63,302 bases of DNA, filler included, from 6 parts of 6 records of this genome joined end to end with filler, not necessarily neighbours in it, one strand, 5' to 3'. Positions 32,915-45,413 are shown, counted from the whole stretch's first letter. Numbers and translations: made by a program. The notes: generated by a model not told the origin, from the sequence alone.

Positions 32915-32970
32915 GACTGGGTTGTGCTGCGGGCGAGGCCAGCGTGCGCCTCACCGCAGGTTCAGGCGCC

Positions 32971-34777
<1,807 letters not shown>

Positions 34778-34877
34778 NNNNNNNNNNNNNNNNNNNNNNN
34801 NNNNNNNNNNNNNNNNNNNNNTTAATTAATTAANNNNNNNNNNNNNNNNNNNNNNNNNNNNNNNNNNNNNNNNNNNN
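34778..34877. other. Artificial contig-join spacer
   Basis: N run with TTAATTAATTAA. Confidence 0.99.
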
Positions 34878-36184
34878 TCGCCCATGCCGTGCAGGCGCTG
34901 GAACTCGTACCCTTCCGCCTTGCCACCGGAGAGTTCGATGATCTGGGCAACTGTCAGTGCGTTGTGGGTAGCGAATTGCGGGTAAAGCACATCCCGTGCC
35001 GCCAGCATCCGCTTGGCGCAGCACAGATAGGACAGATCCGTCGCCGCCTTGCGCGAGAACACCGGATAGCCTTCCGCACCGCCTTCCTGGGCGTGCTTGA
35101 TTTCCGTATCCCAATAGGCGCCCTTTACGAGGCGCACCATCAGTTTGCGATTGGTCTTGCGGGCTGCGTTGACCAGCCAGTCGATCACGTGAATGCCGCG
35201 CTTCTGATAAGCCTGAACCGCCAGTCCAAAGCCATCCCAGCCCTCGGTGACCGGATCGGTCAGCATGGCCGCGATGATATCCAGCGAGATCTCCAGCCGG
35301 TCGGCTTCTTCAGCGTCGACGGTGAAGTTCAGGTTGTGGTCCTTGGCCATCTGCGCCAGTTCGCGCAGCTTCGGCAGGAGTTCGTCGCGCACGCGCTCGC
35401 CGTTGACGGCCTGATAGCGCGGATGCAGCGCGGAAAGCTTTACCGAAATACCCGGACGGTCCGGCAGTTGCTTGTCACCGGCGGCTTTGCCGATGGCGGC
35501 AATCGCGTTGGCATAGGACTGGAAGTAACGCTCCGCATCCTTCTGGGTGCGCGCGCCCTCGCCCAGCATGTCATAGGAATAGCGATAGCCCTTCGCTTCC
35601 TGGGTCCTGGCGCGTTCCAGAGCCTTCTGGATGGTTTCGCCAAGCACGAACTGATGACCGAGCAGGCGCATTGCCTTGCGGGTTGCCATACGCACGGTCG
35701 GCATGCCCATGCGCTTGACGAGGCTCGACAGGATCGACTGGGGCGTGTCGCCCGGATGCAGCAGACGTGAGGTGACGCCCAGCGCCCAGGAAGAGGCGGA
35801 GACAAGCCAGGTGTCGGATTTCGGGCCTGAGGGATCGTCAAAGCGGGCTGCCGCCAGCTTGTCTTCGATCAGCTTGTCCGCGGTCTTTGCGTCCGGAACG
35901 CGCAACAGAGCTTCCGCCAGCACCATCATGGCCAGGCCTTCACGGGTGGTCAGACCGAATTCGCGCATGAAGTCTTCCACGCCGCCGAGACCGACCTGGA
36001 CCGAGCGCATGTCCTGAATATAACCGCGGGCGCGCTGGTCGATCAGTTTCTCCACCACGGGGTCGGTGTTGGCTTCCTTCAGAAGCGCTTCGACAAGCGT
36101 CTTATCATCGGGGGCGTACGCCGGGCGAAACGGCTCGAGTTCGGTCGAATTGATTGTCTTCATGGCTGCAACAGTTGCGGTCAT
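34878..36184 (-). CDS. putA: Proline dehydrogenase / P5C dehydrogenase PutA, N-terminal part (cut by the contig end)
   Basis: LAEALLRVPD, YSYDMLGEGART, ISVKLSALHPR, VRLVKGAYWD, QFATHN and EFQRLHGMG. Confidence 0.96.
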
Positions 36185-36325
36185 GAGAGCCTCCCAAAGG
36201 GGCCCCGCGGGGCCAGGTCACTAGATGCCTCCAAAATATCTTGAATCGAAGTCCGCTTTTCGCTGTTTTTGAAGCCAATCTCCGTGTATTTCTCTGCAAA
36301 TTTCTTTTTTCTAGGGAAATTCGCC

Positions 36326-36781
36326 ATGCTTGATGCAACGGACCGGAGGATTCTGAAGGTTCTCCAACAGGACGGCCGCATTACCAATACGGACCTTGCC
36401 GAACGGGTGCATCTTTCGGCAACCGCGACCGCCGAACGCATGAAGCGGCTGGTGCGCGAAGGGTACATCGAGCACTTCTCCGCCAGCCTCAATCCGAAGA
36501 TGGTGGACCGGGGCTTGCTGGTCTTCGTCGAAATCCGGCTTGACCGCACCTCACCGGAAATTTTCGACGCCTTCAAGATTGCCGTCGAACGCTCGACCGA
36601 CATCATGGAATGTCACATGGTGGCAGGCGGCTTCGACTACCTCATGAAAAGCCGCGTCAAGGACATGGAAGCCTATCGGGCCTTCCTATCTGATGTGGTT
36701 TTGGCGCTGCCGGGCGTGCGTGAAACACATACTTACGCCGTCATGGAAGAGATCAAGGACACCCATATCCTGCCGGTCTGA
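36326..36781 (+). CDS. putR: Lrp/AsnC regulator PutR
   Basis: LDATDRRIL..LQQDGRITN.DLAE, ECHMVAGGFDYL and LPGVRETHTYAVMEE; divergent from putA. Confidence 0.88.
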   Translation: MLDATDRRILKVLQQDGRITNTDLAERVHLSATATAERMKRLVREGYIEHFSASLNPKMVDRGLLVFVEIRLDRTSPEIFDAFKIAVERSTDIMECHMVAGGFDYLMKSRVKDMEAYRAFLSDVVLALPGVRETHTYAVMEEIKDTHILPV

Positions 36782-36901
36782 TTTGCGCTGGAACCGAACG
36801 GACACGAACACTCATCGTTCACAAAGCCTTGTCTTGACCGTGCCATGCGCCTTGCGCGAGGGAACGAGGAACGGACACGATCCGCAACAGGGGACAATCT
36901 G

Positions 36902-38125
36902 ATGAAACGCACGCTTGCCGCAACGCTTGGCCTTCTCGGAGCACTCATGGCACCGGTTGCCTCTCCGGCGCAGGAAGCCGCCACTGATCCGGCGTGGCAG
37001 GCAGTGCTGGATGAGGCCAGAGGCGAGACCGTTTATTTCCACGCCTGGGGCGGCGAGCCGCGCATCAACGCCTATATCGCCTGGGCTGCCCGGGAAGTGG
37101 CAAATGAATTTGACGTTCGCGTGCTTCAGGTGAAGGTCAGTGACACCGCATCTGTGGTCTCACAGGTGCTTGCCGAAAAATCGGTTGGCAAGGTCTCTGG
37201 CGGCGCGGTCGATCTGGTCTGGATCAACGGCGAAAATTTCGCGGCCATGAAGGAACAGGGCCTGCTGGCAGCACCTGGGTGGGCGCAGACGTTGCCGAAC
37301 TGGGATTACGTCGACGTGGAAAACAAGCCGACAGTCGTCCAGGATTTCACCGTGCCTACGGATGGCCAGGAAAGCCCGTGGGGGATGGCCAAGCTCGTGT
37401 TCATGTATGACAGTGCCCGCCTGGACACCCCACCCGCGACACTCGATGCGCTGCTGAGCTACGCCAAGGCGAACCCTGGCCGATTTGCCTATCCGCAACC
37501 GCCCAATTTCTATGGCACGACCTTTCTGAAACAGGTTCTCGTCAGCACGGTTCCGGACAAGGCCGCTCTGACGAAACCGGTGGATGAAGCCCGGTTCGAA
37601 GAAATGACCGCACCGTTGTTTGCTTATCTGGACGCATTGAACGGCTCGCTCTGGCGCCAGGGCCGCGCTTTCCCGAAGGACGCAGCGCATCTGCGCCAGC
37701 TGCTTGCCGACGGAGAACTGGATATTGCATTTTCCTTCAATCCGTCCGATGCCTCGAGCGCAATTGCCAACGGCGAACTGCCGCCCAGCGTGCGCACCTT
37801 CGTTCTGGATGGCGGTACCATCGGCAACACCCACTTCGTTGCAATTCCGTTCAACAGTTCCAGCCAGGCAGGCGCCAAGGTCTTCGCCAACTTCCTGTTG
37901 TCACCCGCGGCACAGGCTCGCAAGCAGGATCCCGGTATCTGGGGCGACCCGACAGTTCTGAACGTTGCCGGACTGCCTGAAACCGAAAAGGTTCTCTTCG
38001 ATACACTCGACCTTGGGCCTGCGACCTTGACGCCCGAACAGCTCGGCCCGGTCCTGCCAGAACCGCATCCGAGCTGGGTCAGTGCGCTAGAAGAGGCCTG
38101 GACCACCCGCTACGGCGCCGAGTGA
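36902..38125 (+). CDS. ynjB: ABC transporter substrate-binding protein, YnjB-like
   Basis: Signal peptide; VYFHAWGG, DLVWINGENF, ESPWG, GTIGNTHF and WGDPTVL. Confidence 0.8.
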   Translation: MKRTLAATLGLLGALMAPVASPAQEAATDPAWQAVLDEARGETVYFHAWGGEPRINAYIAWAAREVANEFDVRVLQVKVSDTASVVSQVLAEKSVGKVSGGAVDLVWINGENFAAMKEQGLLAAPGWAQTLPNWDYVDVENKPTVVQDFTVPTDGQESPWGMAKLVFMYDSARLDTPPATLDALLSYAKANPGRFAYPQPPNFYGTTFLKQVLVSTVPDKAALTKPVDEARFEEMTAPLFAYLDALNGSLWRQGRAFPKDAAHLRQLLADGELDIAFSFNPSDASSAIANGELPPSVRTFVLDGGTIGNTHFVAIPFNSSSQAGAKVFANFLLSPAAQARKQDPGIWGDPTVLNVAGLPETEKVLFDTLDLGPATLTPEQLGPVLPEPHPSWVSALEEAWTTRYGAE

Positions 38126-38135
38126 GCCGGAGTAC

Positions 38136-39839
38136 GTGGCAACCCAGCCGAAAGCCGTCCCGGCCATTCCGATCATCCTTGTGTCGGTTCTTCTGGCCGG
38201 GCCGGTTCTTGCCGGCCTGGCGGGTACGATCCTGCCTGCCTTCGGTTACCTGCCCGCGCTGGGCCACAACAGCTTCACCCTTGAACCTGTCCGGCAACTG
38301 TTCCAACAACCCGGTCTGCTGACTTCCGTTTGGCTCAGTACTGCCACCGGCCTGACGGCCTCCGTCGCGTCGCTGGCGATCGTGCTCCTGTTCGTGGCAG
38401 GCTGGTCCGGAACGGCGGCGTTCCGGCGCCTGACCCGGTTTCTGTCGCCACTGCTTTCAGTGCCGCACGCGGCGGCGGCCATCGGTCTTGCTTTTCTGAT
38501 TGCGCCATCGGGCTTTCTGGTTCGCCTCGTTTCGCCCTGGGCAACTGGCTGGTCCAGGCCACCCGACGTTCTGATCCTCAACGATCCGTTCGGCATCGCC
38601 ATGATTGTTGGTCTTGTCGCCAAGGAAGTGCCTTTTCTGTTCCTGATGACGCTCGCCGCGCTAAACCGCCCTCACGTTCAGGAGTATTTCAAGGCAGGTG
38701 CCAGCCTTGGCTATGGCCGTGTCGCAACCTTCTTCAAGATCGTTCTGCCGCAGATCTACCCGCTCATCCGCCTGCCGGTGCTGGCAGTGGTCGCCTATGC
38801 CACATCCGTCGTTGATGTCGCCGCTATCCTTGGGCCAACGACACCGGCTCCGCTCGCCCCGCGTCTCGTCAGCTGGATGAACGACCCGGATCTGACCAAA
38901 CGTCTGATGGCATCTGCCGGGGCGTTGCTGCAACTTGCCGTCAGCACGACTGCTCTGGCCACCTATCTGGCAGGCGAACGGCTGGTCGCCTCGGCCTCCA
39001 GGCGCCGCCTCGTCACAGGGCATCGTCACTTGCGCGAGCGTGCGGCAAGATATGGCGGACTTCTGGTGATGGTAATCATCATCGTGGCCATGATCCTCTC
39101 GCTTCTGCTGCTCGGGATCTGGTCTGCCGCCCGCTCGTGGTGGTTTCCCTCTGTTTTGCCGCAGGCCTGGAATGTCATGCAAATGACCGACACCCTCGGC
39201 ATGAGCCTCGGGCTTCTCGGTACGACTGTCGCTCTGGCCTGTGCCTCCGCGTTTGTTGCAACAGCCCTGACACTTTGGGTTCTGGAAGCGCGCGATCACC
39301 ACAAGTCGACCTCTTCGCGCCGCCTCAAGACACTCGTCTTCCTGCCGCTGCTGCTGCCGCAGATCAGCTTTCTGTTCGGTCTGCAGCTGCTTTTCCTGTC
39401 AGCGGATTTCAGCGGCACATTCTCCGCTGTTTTGCTGGCCCACCTGGTTTTCGTCCTGCCCTACGCCTTCCTGGCCTTGAGCGATCCCTGGGCCCGGCTC
39501 GATCCGCGCTTTGCCAAGGCCGCAGCCTCCATCGGCGCGTCGCGTGCCCGCATCTTCTGGCAGATCCGTTTGCCATTGTTGCTGCGGCCTGTTCTGGTAA
39601 CGCTTGCCGTGGCAGCCGCGGTTTCCGTCGGCCAGTATCTGCCGACCTTGATGATCGGTGCCGGACGGGTCGCCACGGTCACGACCGAGAGTGTCGCCCT
39701 GGCCAGCGGAGGCAGCCGACAGGCAACTGCGCTGTTGGCCCTGTTGCAACTTGGCATACCACTGGCCGGATTTACGCTGGCCGCACTGTTACCGGCGTTG
39801 CTTCATCGCAACCGGGCCGCCATGCGGCTGGAAAGGTGA
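38136..39839 (+). CDS. ynjC: ABC transporter permease (duplicated TMD), YnjC-like
   Basis: PLLSVPHAAAAIGLAFLIAPSG, KEVPFL, EAA-like loops and SVGQYLPTL. Confidence 0.8.
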   Translation: MATQPKAVPAIPIILVSVLLAGPVLAGLAGTILPAFGYLPALGHNSFTLEPVRQLFQQPGLLTSVWLSTATGLTASVASLAIVLLFVAGWSGTAAFRRLTRFLSPLLSVPHAAAAIGLAFLIAPSGFLVRLVSPWATGWSRPPDVLILNDPFGIAMIVGLVAKEVPFLFLMTLAALNRPHVQEYFKAGASLGYGRVATFFKIVLPQIYPLIRLPVLAVVAYATSVVDVAAILGPTTPAPLAPRLVSWMNDPDLTKRLMASAGALLQLAVSTTALATYLAGERLVASASRRRLVTGHRHLRERAARYGGLLVMVIIIVAMILSLLLLGIWSAARSWWFPSVLPQAWNVMQMTDTLGMSLGLLGTTVALACASAFVATALTLWVLEARDHHKSTSSRRLKTLVFLPLLLPQISFLFGLQLLFLSADFSGTFSAVLLAHLVFVLPYAFLALSDPWARLDPRFAKAAASIGASRARIFWQIRLPLLLRPVLVTLAVAAAVSVGQYLPTLMIGAGRVATVTTESVALASGGSRQATALLALLQLGIPLAGFTLAALLPALLHRNRAAMRLER

Positions 39840-39847
39840 GGCAAGCA

Positions 39848-40525
39848 ATGCAGACCCCAAACGAGCCAATGGGCCTGGTTCTTCAGGACGTCACCCTCCA
39901 CCTGGACGGAGCGCCCCTGCTTGGGATCGACTGCCGGATAGAACCGGGAACAATACTCACCGTGATGGGCGAAAGCGGCAGCGGCAAATCCAGCCTGCTC
40001 GACTTCATTGCCGGTTTCCTCCGGCCGGATTTCAAGGCGAGTGGCAAGGTGATGCTTGATGGCAAGGATCTGACACCTCTGCCTGCACAGGAGCGGCATA
40101 TCGGCCTGATGTTCCAGACGCCGCTGTTGTTCCCGCATATGTCCGTACTGCAGAACCTGATGTTCGCCATTCCCGCTGCAATCCGCAAAAGATCCCTCCG
40201 GCGGGACATGGCTCAACAGGCCCTCGCCGATGTCGGGCTTTCCGGCTTCGGCAGCCGGGACCCTGCGACGCTGTCCGGTGGTCAGCAGACCCGCGTCGCC
40301 TTGATGCGAACGCTTCTTGCCGAGCCGCATGCGCTGCTACTGGACGAACCCTTCTCAAGTCTCGACAAGGCCCGGCGAGCCGACATCCGGGCATTGGTCT
40401 TCGACGCAGCCAGACAAAAGGGCTTGCCCGTCCTGCTTGTCACACACGACGAGGAAGACGCTGACGCAGCCGGTGGCAAGGTACATTTTCTTGATGAAAG
40501 CGGATCAGGCAACGGCTGCGCCTGA
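39848..40525 (+). CDS. ynjD: ABC transporter ATP-binding protein, YnjD-like
   Basis: GESGSGKS, LSGGQ, LLLDEPF and VTHD. True start MQTP (39848), not 39137. Confidence 0.82.
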   Translation: MQTPNEPMGLVLQDVTLHLDGAPLLGIDCRIEPGTILTVMGESGSGKSSLLDFIAGFLRPDFKASGKVMLDGKDLTPLPAQERHIGLMFQTPLLFPHMSVLQNLMFAIPAAIRKRSLRRDMAQQALADVGLSGFGSRDPATLSGGQQTRVALMRTLLAEPHALLLDEPFSSLDKARRADIRALVFDAARQKGLPVLLVTHDEEDADAAGGKVHFLDESGSGNGCA

Positions 40526-40692
40526 GAAGGAGGTCACATAGGTGCAATTGTCGGCGAACAGGACGCACGGCCAAAACGCGCGGAAGAACTGAGCCGCCTA
40601 AATAGTCTTCTGATGGCAGACAGAAGATGTCTGCCGTTGCCAGGATCGCTCCGACGACGGCAGACGGAAATCAGGTTTGTGAACCCTGGTGC

Positions 40693-41178
40693 TTATTCGG
40701 CGGTGTCCGCAGACTTGGCCTGCAGCAGGGAGTAGTTGTCGATGCCGATCCGTTCGATCAGTTCGAGCTGCGTTTCGAGGAAATCGATGTGGCTTTCCTC
40801 GTCGCTCAGAAGCTGTTCAAACAGCGCCATGGAAACATAGTCGCCGAGCTCGCGGCAGACTTCGCGGGCTTCGTGGTAAAGGGCCCGGGCGACGTATTCC
40901 GCTGCAAGGTCGCCTTCAAGGCATTCCTTGACCGACTGGCCGATCCGCAGCGGGTCCAGGGTCTGAAGATTGGGCAGACCTTCCAGGAAGATGATCCGGT
41001 CCATCAGATCCTGTGCGTGCTGACGCTCTTCTTCAGCTTCCGCCAGTTCCTTGTCGGCCAGCTTGCCGAAGCCCCAGTCGGCCAGCAGCCGGGCATGGAC
41101 CCAATATTGGTTCACTGCCGTCAACTCGTGCCGCAGGGCCTTGTTGAGATACTCGATTACGCGCGCTTCGCCCTTCAT
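40693..41178 (-). CDS. bfr: Bacterioferritin (ferroxidase centre intact, heme ligand Met52 replaced by Arg)
   Basis: MKG...E18, E51, H54, E94, E127 and H130 conserved; [12 protein letters not shown]. Confidence 0.93.
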   Translation of the reverse strand: MKGEARVIEYLNKALRHELTAVNQYWVHARLLADWGFGKLADKELAEAEEERQHAQDLMDRIIFLEGLPNLQTLDPLRIGQSVKECLEGDLAAEYVARALYHEAREVCRELGDYVSMALFEQLLSDEESHIDFLETQLELIERIGIDNYSLLQAKSADTAE

Positions 41179-41293
41179 GACCCTCTCCCTGCGAGATCCC
41201 CCCGGGGTGCTCTGTCACTTGGACATGTGCCCGGATGTTGATCGAAATCCATGTTCCGGACCAAGCCATTTCTCTGGCAGGGGCCGGTAAGTC

Positions 41294-41536
41294 CTAGCGG
41301 TTTGAAGCCTGCTTCAATTCTGCAGGCGACTCTTCCGACTTTGGTTGCTCTTCAGAACTTTTTTCGTGAATGATGTCAATGACCGACGGAAAACAGCTTC
41401 CGCAACGCGGCCTGCACCCCAGATGACGGAACACCGCTCCGGGCGTTGGCACCTTGCCATTCGGGTCTGCACGCATTTCTTCCGCGGCTTCGCGAAGTTG
41501 CTTGTCAGACAGTACGTTACAGGAGCAAATGATCAT
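41294..41536 (-). CDS. bfd: Bacterioferritin-associated [2Fe-2S] ferredoxin
   Basis: MIICSCN...CGSC motif; upstream of bfr. Confidence 0.9.
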   Translation of the reverse strand: MIICSCNVLSDKQLREAAEEMRADPNGKVPTPGAVFRHLGCRPRCGSCFPSVIDIIHEKSSEEQPKSEESPAELKQASNR

Positions 41537-41606
41537 TGTAGGATCCGGCGCGCGTCCTCATATGCGAACATATTGGCATTGACGAATTCCAGCGCAATAA
41601 CGAAAC

Positions 41607-41623
41607 TCGACTGCAAGAGTCAA
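41607..41623. promoter_or_regulatory. Candidate RirA/IRO-like iron-responsive operator
   Basis: Minus strand TTGACTCTTGCAGTCGA, i.e. TGA-N9-TCA with one mismatch, upstream of bfd-bfr. Confidence 0.45.
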
Positions 41624-41661
41624 CTTTTTCCACGACTTTTGCACGCCAGCAGGGAAATAAC

Positions 41662-42420
41662 ATGACCGGCCAGGGTATCCCCGACGAGCGTCCGACACTC
41701 GTGCTGACAGGCGCGAGCCGCGGCATCGGACATGCCACCGTCAAGCGGTTTTCCGCGGAAGGCTGGCGGGTGATCACCTGCTCCCGGCAGGCGTTTTCGG
41801 ACAAGTGTCCCTGGCCGATGGGGCCTGAGGACCATATCCAGGTGGATCTTTCCGATCCCGAAAATCTCGGGTTTGCCACCCAGGAAATCCGCAAGCGTCT
41901 GGAGCCCAACGGTTCGCGCCTTCATGCACTGGTCAACAATGCGGGGATCAGCCCCAAGGGCCCCGACGGGGAACGACTGGATTCGCTGACAACGGCCATG
42001 CACGAATGGCGAACCGTTTTTCAGGTCAACTTCTTTGCCCCCATCCTTCTCGGCCGGGGCCTTTTCAAAGAACTGAAGAATGCCAAGGGGTCGGTCGTAA
42101 ACGTGACGTCGATCGCCGGCATGAAGGTGCATCCCTTCGCCGGTACCGCCTATTCCACCTCGAAGGCGGCCCTCGCATCGCTTACGCGGGAGATGGCGGC
42201 CGACTTCGGTCCGCACGGCATTCGCGTCAATGCAATCGCACCGGGCGAAATCGATACATCCATCCTGTCACCTGGCACCGAAAAGATGATCGAAGACATT
42301 CCGCTCCGCCGCCTTGGCCTTCCGAATGAAGTTGCCGACACGATCTATTACTTGTGCTCCGAGAAGTCTTCCTATGTCAGTGGAGCAGAAATTCACATCA
42401 ACGGCGGTCAGCATGTATAA
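41662..42420 (+). CDS. fixR: Short-chain dehydrogenase/reductase, FixR-like
   Basis: LTGASRGIGHAT...GWRVITCSRQ...CPW...DHIQVDL; HPFAGTAYSTSK; GAEIHINGGQHV. Confidence 0.72.
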   Translation: MTGQGIPDERPTLVLTGASRGIGHATVKRFSAEGWRVITCSRQAFSDKCPWPMGPEDHIQVDLSDPENLGFATQEIRKRLEPNGSRLHALVNNAGISPKGPDGERLDSLTTAMHEWRTVFQVNFFAPILLGRGLFKELKNAKGSVVNVTSIAGMKVHPFAGTAYSTSKAALASLTREMAADFGPHGIRVNAIAPGEIDTSILSPGTEKMIEDIPLRRLGLPNEVADTIYYLCSEKSSYVSGAEIHINGGQHV

Positions 42421-42614
42421 ATCATTTATACAACCTGCCCTTCGTCTAGCTTGCCGATATATTTGCGGCACCTAAACCAGACTTTCAGAATGACGCATTT
42501 ATTCTTCAGCTAAATATTACCTGAAGCTAAAAATGCGTGATTTACCTAATGTTCATTGCGCTCCGCAATACTGACAGAACGACAATGCAGTTGTTCCGGC
42601 TGTGCGGGGATAAA

Positions 42615-44609
42615 ATGAAACGAATATTGAAAGTTCTGACCGACTTGAAATTTGGCTTCAAGGTCGGCGGCGGTTTTCTGGCTGTCTTGCTGCTGACGGC
42701 AGTCGTAGGTGGCGTGGGATTTCTGGCCATCCATGGTCTGTCCGCGCGGTTCGTCGTTGCCGATCAGGCGGCCAAGGTTGCCGGACAGGTCCAGGCAACG
42801 TCCCTGCTTCGTGAAGACTATCTCAACAATCCTTCGGCAGACCTTCGCAATTCCGTGCTTGAAGGCGTGGCGACGCTGCAAGGCGAACTGGACCTCCTGA
42901 CCAACGAGATTGCGGGCGACACCGCCTCTGAAGCTCAGGTTGCGGGGGCCAAGGACGCGGTCTCCAGTTTCTCGACCACTTTCGATCAGGTCGCCGAGCA
43001 GACGGTGCAGCAGGCCGAGCGTATCGCGACACTTCAGAAAAGCACCAATGATCTGGAAGCACTGGCGACCAACATCAGTGATGCCGTTCTGACGGAAGAA
43101 AAACGCATCAGCGCCGAAGCCTTCGCGGCGAACAGTCAGCTGGACGATGCCAACCAGCTTCAGAGAACCGTGTTCGAACTGAAAGACGAAGTCGTCAAGG
43201 TTCACATGCTTTACCTGAAGGGCAGCGGCAACATTGACGGTGAAGATCTTACCTCAGCCATCGACACCGCACGCAACCTCGTCTCTTCCACCAAGCAGAT
43301 GAAGTACAAGCAGATCGACGGTATCGACCGCAAGACCGTGAGCAAGCTGGCCTCGCAGGCGAACAAGCTCAACGCGGCTCTGGAGAACCTCACCAAGGAT
43401 CTCGGCTTTTCCGAAGCCTATGAAGCACGCCAGGCCGTCGGCAATGCCATCGACGGGATGAACGGCTTTACAGAAGAAATTCTCGGGCAAGTCCACCCGG
43501 TCGTTTCCAAGGCAAAAACCGACGCGCTGACCGCCTCCACCCGCCTTGCAACGGTACGCTCCATTGCCGAGAAAGCTACCAGCCTGAATGAGATGGCGCT
43601 GGCCGCCCGCGCGGAAACACTCTACCTCTTCGGCGCCTTTGGTGTCAGCGACCAGTCGGCCGTGGAAGAACAGATCGCCAATCTGCAGGGCCTGGAAAAG
43701 GACATGGTCAAATACGCCATGATCCTTCCCTCCGCCGCAGACGCGATCAACGCCATCCCTGAATCCGTTGCAACGCTCGACAAGTCTTTCCGCGAGATGC
43801 TTGTCACCAAGGCTGATCTGGCCGCCAAACGAGTGGAACTTGACGATCTGACCCGCAAGGTCAGCGCCGACATCACGTCCATCTCCGCTGCCCAGTCGCA
43901 GGCCGCCAATTCCGCCGCCACGGCTGCAAAGGTTCAGATTGCCGTCACGATCCTGCTCGCCATCCTGGGCGGCATCGGTCTTGCCTTCATTCTCAACCTG
44001 GCCATCACGCGTCCGATCCGCACGATCACAGGCGTCATGGACCGCCTGGCAAACGGCAACAATGAAGTTGTGATCCCGGGCATCGATCGTGGCGACGAGA
44101 TCGGCGACATGAGCCGCACGGTGCAGGTGTTCCGCGACAACGCTGTCGAACGCGCTCAGCTGCAGGAGCAGAATGCCCGCGAGGAAGCCTCCCGCCAGGA
44201 ACGCCAGGCCCGTATCGACAGTCTGATCCATTCTTTCCGCACCAAGGCGGAAGAAGCGCTCGGCTCCGTGGAAACCACCGCGGGCGGCCTCGACAACACC
44301 GCACAGGCCCTGACGGAAATCGCCCGGGATAGCGCAGGCTACGCCAGCGAAACCCAGGCATCGTCCAACGAGACCACCAACAACGTTCAGACCGTGGCAA
44401 GCGCCGCCGAAGAACTGGCGGCTTCGATCGGCGAGATCTCCCGCCAGGTTGCCCAGACGACAGAAATCGTCGACCGGGCCACCACCGGAACACGGATCAC
44501 CAACCAGAAGGTCGAAGGGCTGGCGGAAGCCGCCACAAAGATCGGCGAAGTGGTGACCCTCATCCAAGCGATTGCCGAACAGACCAACCTTCTGGCCCTC
44601 AACGCCACC
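42615..44609 (+). CDS. Methyl-accepting chemotaxis protein, 3' end cut by the contig end
   Basis: TM1, ~400-aa periplasmic domain, TM2, HAMP (RGDEIGDM) and signalling hairpin IAEQTNLLALNAT. Confidence 0.93.
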
Positions 44610-44709
44610 NNNNNNNNNNNNNNNNNNNNNNNNNNNNNNNNNNNNNNNNNNNNTTAATTAATTAANNNNNNNNNNNNNNNNNNNNNNNNNNNNNNNNNNN
44701 NNNNNNNNN
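44610..44709. other. Artificial contig-join spacer
   Basis: N run with TTAATTAATTAA. Confidence 0.99.
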
Positions 44710-44752
44710 CCCCGAGGTATTTTTGCCAAGATGAAAGGGGAGGGTCCGGTCC

Positions 44753-45331
44753 TTGACGGTCTGGCACTGGGTCCGGCACGGGCCGACACATGAAAAGTCC
44801 TTTGTCGGATGGCGGGATGTTCCGGCGGATCTGTCTGACGGGGCTTCGGTCGCCAGGCTGGATGCGATGCTACCGCGCCCCGCCCTTGTTCTGTCCTCGG
44901 ATCTGATCCGCGCCTCGGCCACCGCAGATGTGCTGATGGCGGGGCGGATGCGTTTGCCAAATGAGCCCGATATCCGCGAGTTCAACTTCGGCGACTGGGA
45001 CGGGATGCATTTCACCGAAGTGTCAGAGCGCGACCCCGGCCTCAGTCGCCGCTATTGGGAGAACCCCGGTGATATCGCCCCGCCGAATGGCGAAAGCTGG
45101 AACGAGGCCGCGGCGCGGGTGGTGCCTTTCGTGGACCGGATGAACCGCGACCATCCGGGAGCGCATATCGTTGCCGTCGCCCATTTCGGGATCATCATGA
45201 CACAGATTCAGCGCGCCTCGGGCCTTTCCGCCTACGAGGTGCTTGGACACAAGATCGACAATCTGTCCGTTACGCGGCTGGTACATGAGGCGGGCCTGTG
45301 GCGGGTCGAGGCGATCAATCAGTGTCCCTGA
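44753..45331 (+). CDS. Histidine phosphatase family protein (CobC/GpmB-like)
   Basis: VRHGPT, SSDLIRA..TA, REFNFGDWDG, PPNGES and VAHFG. Confidence 0.88.
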   Translation: MTVWHWVRHGPTHEKSFVGWRDVPADLSDGASVARLDAMLPRPALVLSSDLIRASATADVLMAGRMRLPNEPDIREFNFGDWDGMHFTEVSERDPGLSRRYWENPGDIAPPNGESWNEAAARVVPFVDRMNRDHPGAHIVAVAHFGIIMTQIQRASGLSAYEVLGHKIDNLSVTRLVHEAGLWRVEAINQCP

Positions 45332-45413
45332 TGCGGCGCGTCAGCGATTGGAATTGGACAGGAGCCATGTGAACCGCTTAGCTGGTGCCCATGGTATTTC
45401 GATGGACCCCAAC

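Noticed and set aside
39137-39847. Apparent 237-aa N-terminal extension of the ABC ATPase
   Set aside because: Overlaps the permease in another frame; the real start is at 39848 with an RBS.
42480-42560. AT-rich region with a CTTCAG...CTGAAG repeat and weak CtrA-like half sites upstream of the MCP
   Set aside because: No full TTAA-N7-TTAA match; not distinguishable from chance.
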